From Myxococcales bacterium (GTDB taxonomy: Bacteria > Myxococcota_A > Polyangia > Polyangiales > Polyangiaceae): a stretch of DNA of 45,743 nt. The first letter of the stretch is position 1. Every line of letters begins with the position of its first letter. Under the pieces are notes generated by a model, which was given only the letters and a program-made list of their open reading frames with translations, was not told the DNA's origin and did no database searches. This document shows, piece by piece, positions 18,201 to 25,653 of this stretch. The DNA lies in assembly GCA_003139415.1 (NCBI GenBank), contig PLIR01000192.1, forward strand, positions 3,787 to 49,529. Reading direction: 5' to 3'. Position numbers and translations under genes: made by a program.

Positions 18201-20036
18201 ATGGCCGGGTCCGGCGCCCGCGTTAGGCTTCGCCGCATGGCTGCGCGCAACGTCGAACTCCACGCCAAGCCACGCTCCGACGCCACGGCGCCGGCGTGGT
18301 CGCGTGTCTCTCGGATCAGCGATCTCCGCGGCGACGGCCCGCATCCCATCTCCGCCGGCGGCACGGATCTGGTGCTGTTGCGGACACGTTCGGGCGTTCG
18401 CGTCTACGAAGGGCGGTGCCCCCACCAGGGCGCCCTGCTCGGCGAAGGCGAGATGGATGGCGAGACCCTCGTCTGCCGAAACCACCGCTGGCGATTCGAC
18501 GGCGAGACCGGTCGCCGCATCGGCAAGGGCACCGAGTGCCTCCGCGCGTGCCCCGTCGTCCAAGAAGGCGCGGACGTCCTCGTGGATATCTCGGGCCTGG
18601 CGGCGGCCTCGACCCCGGCCGCGGCGCCGGCACGCGCCCTCGACGACCTCCCCGGCCCGCGGGCCATCCCGATCTTCGGCAACGCCTTGCAGGTCGACCC
18701 GGAGCGTCTCCACGTAACGCTGGAACAGTGGGCCGAAAAGTACGGGCCGCTGTACCTGGCGCGCGTCGGTTCGCGCAAGATGCTCGTCGTCTCCGACGCA
18801 GAGCTCGTCGAGCCGATGTACCGCGCGCGCCCCGACATGTACCGGCGCCCGTCGGAGGTCGAGCCGATCTTCGAGGAGCTGGGGGTCTCGGGGGTGTTCT
18901 CGGCCGAGGGCGACGCATGGCGCGCGCAGCGGAGGCTGGCGATGGAGGCACTCTCGCTGCGCCACCTCCGGGGCTTTTACCCCACGCTCGCGCACGTCGC
19001 GCAGCGCCTCGTGCGACGGTGGAACGACGCGGCGGATGCCGGCCGCGAGCTCGACGTGGCCGACGAGCTCAAACGCTTCACGGTCGACGTCACGACGCAG
19101 CTCGTCTTCGGCCACGATCTCAACACGCTCGAGAAGGGGGACGAGCACATCATCCAGCGGCACCTCGAGCACATCTTTCCCGCCTTCGCCCGCCGGCTCA
19201 ACGCCATCGTCCCGTACTGGCGCTACTTTCGATTGCCCGTCGATCGACGCGTCGATCGCGCCGTGCAGGCCGTGTACGAGTGGCTCACGCTGGTCATCAC
19301 GCAGGCGCGCGCAGGCCTCGCGGCGGACCCGGCCCGCGCGGAGAACCCCACGAACTTCATCGAGGCGATGCTGGTCGCGCGCGACGCCGAGGGCCGCCCG
19401 TTCTCCGACGAGGTCATCTTCGGCAACGGGCTGACGATGCTGCTCGCGGGCGAAGACACGACGGCCTACACGCTCGCGTGGGCGGTGCATCACCTGTGTG
19501 ACGTGCCGCAGGCCGCCGCAGCGCTCCGCGAGGAGGCCGACGCCATCTTCTCCGCGAGCGACGTGCCGGCCGACATCGAACAGGCGAACCGCCTCGCTTA
19601 CGCCGCCGCGGTCGCCAACGAATCGATGCGGCTGCGGCCTGTCGCGCCGGCTCCCTTCTTCGAGCCCAAGGTCGACGTGGTGGTCGGCGGCGTCGCGGTG
19701 CCGAAGGGCACGATGATCGTCTCTCTCGCCCGGCGCGCGACGCTCGATCCGGCCCGCTTCGACAAGCCGCAAGACTTCGCGCCGGAGCGCTGGATCGAGG
19801 CGGGCGCGAACGGCAAGGCGCACGACGCGTCCGTTCACACGCCGTTCGGCTCCGGGCCTCGAATCTGCCCCGGGCGCTCGCTCGCGATCCTCGAGATGCG
19901 CGTCGCGCTCGCGGCCATCTACAAGAACTTCGACGTGGAGCGCGTGGGCGCGAGCGCCGACGTGCGCGAGCGGCTCGCGTTCACGCTCGGTCCGCTGGGT
20001 CTGCGCGTCAAAGTACGACGCCGCGTCCCGTCGTGA
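18201..20036 (+). CDS. Natural fusion: N-terminal Rieske [2Fe-2S] domain + cytochrome P450
   Basis: The Rieske ligands are CPHQG (Cys at 18417) and CRNHRW (Cys at 18474). An Ala/Pro linker follows. P450 motifs are the I-helix AGEDTT, the ExxR motif ESMRLRP, PERW, and the heme loop FGSGPRICPG (Cys at 19866-19868). The start is ATG 18201 or 18237. Confidence 0.9.
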   Translation: MAGSGARVRLRRMAARNVELHAKPRSDATAPAWSRVSRISDLRGDGPHPISAGGTDLVLLRTRSGVRVYEGRCPHQGALLGEGEMDGETLVCRNHRWRFDGETGRRIGKGTECLRACPVVQEGADVLVDISGLAAASTPAAAPARALDDLPGPRAIPIFGNALQVDPERLHVTLEQWAEKYGPLYLARVGSRKMLVVSDAELVEPMYRARPDMYRRPSEVEPIFEELGVSGVFSAEGDAWRAQRRLAMEALSLRHLRGFYPTLAHVAQRLVRRWNDAADAGRELDVADELKRFTVDVTTQLVFGHDLNTLEKGDEHIIQRHLEHIFPAFARRLNAIVPYWRYFRLPVDRRVDRAVQAVYEWLTLVITQARAGLAADPARAENPTNFIEAMLVARDAEGRPFSDEVIFGNGLTMLLAGEDTTAYTLAWAVHHLCDVPQAAAALREEADAIFSASDVPADIEQANRLAYAAAVANESMRLRPVAPAPFFEPKVDVVVGGVAVPKGTMIVSLARRATLDPARFDKPQDFAPERWIEAGANGKAHDASVHTPFGSGPRICPGRSLAILEMRVALAAIYKNFDVERVGASADVRERLAFTLGPLGLRVKVRRRVPS

Positions 20037-20154
20037 CGTCCGGCACGCCAACCGCGCCGCCCGCGCTCGCGATTGGACTGGCGCCCGAGGGCAAGCGTTT
20101 GGCGGCGCGGGTTAATCCGCGACGAACGGCGCCTGCTAGCTGTTCTCCACATCG

Positions 20155-21399
20155 ATGGAGCGCGTCGTCATCACTGGGATCGGGCTGGTCACTCCCGTCG
20201 GGGTAGGTACGCGTGAACCGTGGCGCGCGCTCCTCGGTGGCGAGAGCGGCATCGGCCCCATCAGCCGCTTCGATACCAAGGGCTTCCGGGCGCGCATCGC
20301 CGGCGAAGTGAAGGGCTGGGAGCCCACGCGCTGGGTCGAAAAGAAGCGCCTCAAGGAGATGGATCGGTTCACCGAGTTCGCCCTCGGCGCAGCGGCCCTC
20401 GCCGTGGCCGATGCCGGCCTCGAGCTGACCGAGGCCGAGCGCGCCCGCGCCGGGTGCTTCATCGGCGTCGGGCTTGGCGGCTTGCCAGCGCTCGAGCGGA
20501 CCAAGGAGACGCTCACCGCCAAGGGCCCAGAGAAGGTGAGCCCGTACACCATCCCGGCCATCATCTCGAACCTCGCGGCCGGCCAGGTCTCGATGGCCCA
20601 TCACCTCGAGGGGCCCAGCTACTGCATCACGAGCGCCTGCTCGAGCGGGGCGCACGCCGTGGGCGAGGCCGCGCAATGGATCCGCCTCGGCAAGGCCGAC
20701 GTCATGGTGGCCGGGGGCGCCGAGGCCACCGTGACGCCCGTCGGAATCGCCGGCTTCGAAGCCATGTACGCTCTCAGCCGCCGCAACGACGACCCGCAGC
20801 GAGCGAGCCGTCCCTTCGACCGCGATCGCGACGGCTTCGTCTGCGGAGAGGGCTCCGGGATCCTCGTGCTCGAGTCGCTGTCGCGCGCCTCCAGGCGAGG
20901 GGCCCGGATCTACGCCGAGGTCTCCGGCTACGGCGCGTCGAGCGACGCCCACCACATCACGCAGCCGGCCCCAGAACACCGCGGAGCCCAGCGAGCGATG
21001 CGCATGGCGCTCGAAGACGCGAAGATCGCCCCTGACGCCGTCGACTACGTCAACGCCCACGGGACCTCCACGCCCGTGGGCGACGTCGAGGAGTCGCGGG
21101 CCCTCGCCGCCGTCTTCGGCGCCCACGCGACCGACGGCAAGCTCTGGGTGAGCTCCACCAAGTCGATGATGGGGCATCTCCTCGGTGCAGCCGGCGCGGT
21201 CGAGACGGCCATCTGCGCCCTGGCGATCGCCGACGGCTGCGTCCCGCCGACCATCAACCTCGTCCACCCCGACCCGGAGTGCTCGCTCGATTACGTGGCG
21301 AACACGGCGCGCCGCCGGACCATCCGTCACGCGATGAACAACTCCTTCGGGTTCGGGGGTACGAACTGCGCGCTCGTCCTTTCGGGCCTCGGGACTTAA
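20155..21399 (+). CDS. fabF: Beta-ketoacyl-ACP synthase II (FabF/KAS II-type ketosynthase)
   Basis: The N-terminus is [16 protein letters not shown]. The active-site Cys lies in [11 protein letters not shown]. The His residues lie in [11 protein letters not shown] and [12 protein letters not shown]. Confidence 0.92.
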   Translation: MERVVITGIGLVTPVGVGTREPWRALLGGESGIGPISRFDTKGFRARIAGEVKGWEPTRWVEKKRLKEMDRFTEFALGAAALAVADAGLELTEAERARAGCFIGVGLGGLPALERTKETLTAKGPEKVSPYTIPAIISNLAAGQVSMAHHLEGPSYCITSACSSGAHAVGEAAQWIRLGKADVMVAGGAEATVTPVGIAGFEAMYALSRRNDDPQRASRPFDRDRDGFVCGEGSGILVLESLSRASRRGARIYAEVSGYGASSDAHHITQPAPEHRGAQRAMRMALEDAKIAPDAVDYVNAHGTSTPVGDVEESRALAAVFGAHATDGKLWVSSTKSMMGHLLGAAGAVETAICALAIADGCVPPTINLVHPDPECSLDYVANTARRRTIRHAMNNSFGFGGTNCALVLSGLGT

Positions 21400-21412
21400 G
21401 GGACATCGCGCG

Positions 21413-22423
21413 ATGCCATCCAGCATGCCCTCGGCGCGCATTCTCGGCACGGGACGCTTCCTGCCGCCCGACGTGCGGACGAACCGCGACATCGAGCGCA
21501 TGGTCGAGACGTCCGACACCTGGATCGTCGAGCGCACCGGCATCCGAGAGCGGCGCATCGCGCCCGACGGAATGACGACGAGCGACATGGCGGCCGCCGG
21601 CGCCCGCGAGGCGCTCGACATGGCGGGCATACGCGCCGCGGACCTGGATCTCATCGTCCTGGCCACGGTGACGCCGGACATGCCGATGCCCTCGGGGGCC
21701 GCGATCGTCCAGGGCAAGCTCGGCGCCGGTCACTGCCCGGCGATCGACGTCGGCGCGGCCTGCGCGGGCTTCGTCTTCGCGCTCTCCGTGGGCGAACAGT
21801 TCATCCGGACGGGCAAGTATCGGACGGTGCTGGTCGTCGGCGCCGACACGCTTACGAAGTTCATCGACTGGACCGATCGCAAGACGTGCGTGCTCTTCGG
21901 CGACGGCGCCGGGGCCGTCGTGCTGGGGGCCGAGGCCGTCGCGAGCGATGGCGCGGTGACGCAGGGGATCCTGGCGACGTCGCTCTCCACCGACGGGACC
22001 CTCGCCCCTGCCCTCTACATCCCGGGCGGCGGCAGCGCACGGCCCCCTTCGGCGGCCACGGTCGACGAGCGACTGCACTTCATCCGCATGAACGGTCAGG
22101 AGATCTTCAAGCACGCGGTGAAGAACCTCGTGGCCGCGAGCCGGGCTGCACTGGGCGAAGCGGGGATGACCATGGCCTCGGTCGACTGGGTCTGCGCGCA
22201 CCAGGCGAACAAAAGGATCCTCGACCAGGTCGCGCTTCGCCTCGAGACGGCTCCGGACCGGATGCTGTGCAACATCGACCGGGTCGGCAATACGTCGAGC
22301 GCGTCCATCCCGATCCTGCTCGACGAGAGTGTTCGCGCGGGCACCGTCCGGACGGGCGACGTCGTGGTGATGAGCGCGCTCGGGGCCGGCATCTCGTGGG
22401 GCGGCGCCGTCGTGCGCATGTGA
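21413..22423 (+). CDS. fabH: Beta-ketoacyl-ACP synthase III (FabH/KAS III)
   Basis: The Cys-His-Asn triad sits in DVGAACAGFVFAL, CAHQANKRIL and RVGNTSSASIP. The gene starts 13 nt after fabF. Confidence 0.92.
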   Translation: MPSSMPSARILGTGRFLPPDVRTNRDIERMVETSDTWIVERTGIRERRIAPDGMTTSDMAAAGAREALDMAGIRAADLDLIVLATVTPDMPMPSGAAIVQGKLGAGHCPAIDVGAACAGFVFALSVGEQFIRTGKYRTVLVVGADTLTKFIDWTDRKTCVLFGDGAGAVVLGAEAVASDGAVTQGILATSLSTDGTLAPALYIPGGGSARPPSAATVDERLHFIRMNGQEIFKHAVKNLVAASRAALGEAGMTMASVDWVCAHQANKRILDQVALRLETAPDRMLCNIDRVGNTSSASIPILLDESVRAGTVRTGDVVVMSALGAGISWGGAVVRM

Positions 22424-22430
22424 GGGGACG

Positions 22431-23987
22431 ATGGAGGCGAGAGCAAAGCGAGATGATCTCATGAGCCGCGCGACCGACACTTTTCGATCGGAGACGGGCG
22501 CAAGGCCGATCAACACGGCCATCTTGCCCCGGCGGCTCGACGCCGTCGCGGAGAGCTCGCGGCGAGAGATCGCGCCCCCGGCCCGCCGGCTGGCGGCGCT
22601 GTTCGATGGCGGCAGCTACGAAGAGCTGGACGCGCTCGCCCATCACCGGGCCAGCCAGTGGGGCATGGCGGGCAAGCGCTTCGACGGCGACGGCGTCAGC
22701 GTGGCCACGGGTCGGGTGCACGGTCGCGCCGTGGTGGCCTTCGCGCAGGACCGCCGGTTCATGGGCGGCTCGCTCGGCGAGACGCACGCGGCCAAGATCT
22801 GCAAGGGGATGGACCTGGCCGAACGGCTGGGAGCGCCCCTGGTAGGCCTGCTCGATTCGGGCGGCGCGCGCATCCAAGAGGGCGCCGCGGCTCTCGCGGG
22901 CTACGGCGAGATCTTTCGTCGCAACGTGCGCCTCTCGGGACGCGTGCCTCAGATCTCGGTCGTCCTGGGCCCGTGCGCGGGCGGCGCGGTCTACTCGCCG
23001 GCCATCACCGACTTCATCGTCCTGTCCCGGCCCGACGCCCTGATGTTCGTGACCGGCCCGAAGGTCGTCAAACAGGTGATGTTCGAGGACGTCGACAGCG
23101 AAGGCCTCGGCGGCGCCAAGGTGCACGCCACGATGAGCGGCGTCGCCCATCTGGTCGAACCCGACGAAGCCTCGGCCATCGCCCGGGCACGAACGCTCCT
23201 CGCGTTCTTGCAGATCCCACGTGCGCCCTCGGCCGAGCCTGCGAACGACGCGCCCCTCGATACGCTGGTCCCGAAGAACTTCCGGCACCCCTACGACGTC
23301 CGGCGGGTGATCGATGCGCTCGCCGATCGGGGCTCGATCGTGGAGATCCAGCCCGACTACGCCAAGAACATCGTCGTCGCCCTCGCCCGCATCGACGGGC
23401 GCGCCGTCGGGATCGTGGCCAACCAGCCCAAAGAGCGCGCCGGGGTGCTCGACATCGATGCGTCGCGCAAGGCGGCGCGGTTCGTACGGACGATGAGCGC
23501 CTTCGGTATCCCGATCGTCTCGCTAGTGGACGTCCCCGGTTTCATGCCCGGCTCCCGGCAGGAGCACGGCGGCGTCATCGTGCACGGCGCCAAGCTGCTC
23601 TACGCATACTGCGAGGCGCGCGTGCCGCGCATCGCGCTCGTGACCCGCAAGGCTTTCGGCGGGGCGTACATCGTCATGTCGTCGAAGCACCTCGGCGCGG
23701 ACGTGAACCTCGCCTGGCCCGACGCCCAGATCTCGGTGATGGGGGCGGAAGGCGCCGTAGAGATTCTCCACGGCAAGGAGCTCAAGGCCGCGCCAGATCC
23801 GAGGGCGCGGTTCGACGAGCTCTGCGCGCGCTACCGGGAAGAGTACATGTCCGTCCGGGTCGCGGCCGAGCGCGGCTGGATTGACGAGGTTATCGACCCC
23901 CGTGACAGTCGGCGCAAAATCGCCCACTACCTAACCCTCTTCGACGCCGAGGGCCTCCGCGGAACCCACGGCAACATCCCCCTCTGA
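22431..23987 (+). CDS. Acyl-CoA carboxylase carboxyltransferase beta subunit (PccB/AccD5-like)
   Basis: Motifs seen are GRAVVAFAQDRRFMGGSLGE, DSGGARIQEG, IVANQP...GVLDIDASRKAARFVR and AFGGAYIVM. The gene starts 7 nt after fabH and a GAGGGG Shine-Dalgarno sequence lies upstream. No biotin carboxylase or BCCP gene is in the window. Confidence 0.88.
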   Translation: MEARAKRDDLMSRATDTFRSETGARPINTAILPRRLDAVAESSRREIAPPARRLAALFDGGSYEELDALAHHRASQWGMAGKRFDGDGVSVATGRVHGRAVVAFAQDRRFMGGSLGETHAAKICKGMDLAERLGAPLVGLLDSGGARIQEGAAALAGYGEIFRRNVRLSGRVPQISVVLGPCAGGAVYSPAITDFIVLSRPDALMFVTGPKVVKQVMFEDVDSEGLGGAKVHATMSGVAHLVEPDEASAIARARTLLAFLQIPRAPSAEPANDAPLDTLVPKNFRHPYDVRRVIDALADRGSIVEIQPDYAKNIVVALARIDGRAVGIVANQPKERAGVLDIDASRKAARFVRTMSAFGIPIVSLVDVPGFMPGSRQEHGGVIVHGAKLLYAYCEARVPRIALVTRKAFGGAYIVMSSKHLGADVNLAWPDAQISVMGAEGAVEILHGKELKAAPDPRARFDELCARYREEYMSVRVAAERGWIDEVIDPRDSRRKIAHYLTLFDAEGLRGTHGNIPL

Positions 23988-24013
23988 GCGGCCGCCGCCT
24001 TAGACCGCGAGTT

Positions 24014-25054
24014 CTAAGGCCGGTTGCCGCGCCGGTGCTCGCTCGGGGGCCGTCCCGTCCAGCGGCGGAACGCTCGCGTGAAGCTCGCGGCCCCGGAGAA
24101 GCCGAGGAGGTAGGCGATGTCCGTGATCGCGTGGCGCTCCTCGTTCAAGTACCCGAGCGCCAGTTCGTGCCGAGTGTCGTCGACGACCTTCGCGTAAGTC
24201 GTCGACTCGGCCGCCAGCCGACGCTGCAACGCCCGCGTGCTGGTCCCGAGGGCGCGGGCAATCGCGAGCTGGGACGGCGCACCGCTCGGCAGCCGGTTGG
24301 TGAGCACGACGCGGATGCAGTCGACGATGCGCGATCGGTCCCAGCGCTCGATGGCCTGGGCCGCCACGAGGTCGTTGACGCGCGCGAGCTCGGGGTTGGC
24401 GCCCGGGATGCGCCGATCGCACACTCGCCGCTCGACCGTGAGGGCGTTGATCGGAGCGTCGAACGTGATGGGCGCACGAAAGCACCGGTTGAAGGGCGAC
24501 GGATCGCGCGGCGACGGGCGGCGGAACTCGACCAGCAGGGGGGAGAACCGCCTGTCGGTGAGCGACCGGCAGAGGCGCACGGCGACCGCGAGCACCGCGT
24601 CGAGTGCCTCGGGCGCGACATGGTCTTCGCCCGTCACCGACACGCGGCACGTCTCACCGCGATCCTCGAACCGGATGGTCGCCCCGTTCGAGACGAGGCG
24701 GTAGTACCGGACGATCCGATCGAAGGCCTCGCGCAGGCTGCCGCTCGCCGTCAGCGAAAGGCCGAGCGCGTGAAACGTCGTCGGCGACGTGTGGCGGGCG
24801 ACTTCGACGCCGAAGCACGGGTCGGCCGTCGCCGCGACCGCGAGCTCCCACAGGCGCGTCTCGCCGCGAACGGGGTACCGTGCCTCGGGGTCGTTGAGCG
24901 CCCCGAAGTCGAGACCGGCCTGCGCGAACAGCGCTGGGGCGCTGACCCCGCGCGACTCGAGCGCCCGGGCGATCGCAAGGCCCCAGCTCGTGAGCGACGT
25001 CGGGTCCCGCGTCGGCGGAGTCGGTTCGAGCGCGAAGGAGGGTGCGGTCGACAT
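24014..25054 (-). CDS. AraC-family transcriptional regulator (AraC-type ligand-binding N-domain + C-terminal double HTH)
   Basis: The C-terminus reads LAIARALGTSTRALQRRLAAESTTYAKVVDDTRHELALGYL...ITDIAYLLGFSGAASFTRAFRRWTGRPP. The ATG is at 25054. Confidence 0.88.
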   Translation of the reverse strand: MSTAPSFALEPTPPTRDPTSLTSWGLAIARALESRGVSAPALFAQAGLDFGALNDPEARYPVRGETRLWELAVAATADPCFGVEVARHTSPTTFHALGLSLTASGSLREAFDRIVRYYRLVSNGATIRFEDRGETCRVSVTGEDHVAPEALDAVLAVAVRLCRSLTDRRFSPLLVEFRRPSPRDPSPFNRCFRAPITFDAPINALTVERRVCDRRIPGANPELARVNDLVAAQAIERWDRSRIVDCIRVVLTNRLPSGAPSQLAIARALGTSTRALQRRLAAESTTYAKVVDDTRHELALGYLNEERHAITDIAYLLGFSGAASFTRAFRRWTGRPPSEHRRGNRP

Positions 25055-25260
25055 GGCAACGGCGGGGACCAAGCTCAGTGTAGCCGCTGTTGGCGCGAAT
25101 TCCGTAGCGGAGGTCCGGCCGGGCCGCCGGGCCGACGGGTGCGTCGCGCCGCGCCCGCTGTCACGCGCGGTCCGAAGGAGCGCCGACGGAGAAGCGATTG
25201 GCGCCGCGGGGTAAGTCGCAACGGGGACCCGTGGATTATATCGCCTGCGTGAGGTTCAGC

Positions 25261-25518
25261 ATGGCCAAGGACATCCCGAGCGAAGTGCGTCGAATCATCA
25301 AAGAGCAACTCGACGTCGACGAAGCGGCAATCAAACCCGAGTCGAGCTTCATCGACGACCTCGGCGCCGACTCCCTCGGCCTCGTCGAGCTCGTGCTGGC
25401 GCTCGAGGGCGCCTTCGGTATCGACATCCCGGACACGGAGACCGAGAAGATTCGTACGGTCAAGGACGCCATCCAGTACATCGAGCAGCACGTGCAGGCC
25501 GAAGCGCCAGCAGCCTGA
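25261..25518 (+). CDS. Acyl carrier protein (stand-alone, 85 aa)
   Basis: The phosphopantetheine attachment motif is [19 protein letters not shown] sequence lies 7 nt upstream of the ATG. The gene is divergent from the AraC gene. Confidence 0.9.
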   Translation: MAKDIPSEVRRIIKEQLDVDEAAIKPESSFIDDLGADSLGLVELVLALEGAFGIDIPDTETEKIRTVKDAIQYIEQHVQAEAPAA

Positions 25519-25653
25519 ACTCGAAGCCAGGGGTATCCGAGCCAGCAGCTGGGCTCAACGGCCTGATTACCCCGGTTGGCCCAAGGCCTTCCCATCAAAG
25601 CGCTTCGTTTGTCAGCGCTGCTCGCGGCCGCTCGGGGTAGATCTCCCGACGTC

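Noticed and set aside
17427-20051. 874-aa minus-strand ORF covering the OMT and Rieske-P450 genes, and the 569-aa ORF 20008-21717 over fabF
   Set aside because: The opposite or alternate frames contain complete OMT, Rieske, P450 and KAS II motifs. These long ORFs show no motifs and have shadow-ORF composition.
25576-25653. TTG-initiated 26-codon extension of the histidine kinase ORF
   Set aside because: There is no supporting signal. The first ATG (25654) precedes the predicted TM/CHASE3 region. The true start is unverified either way.
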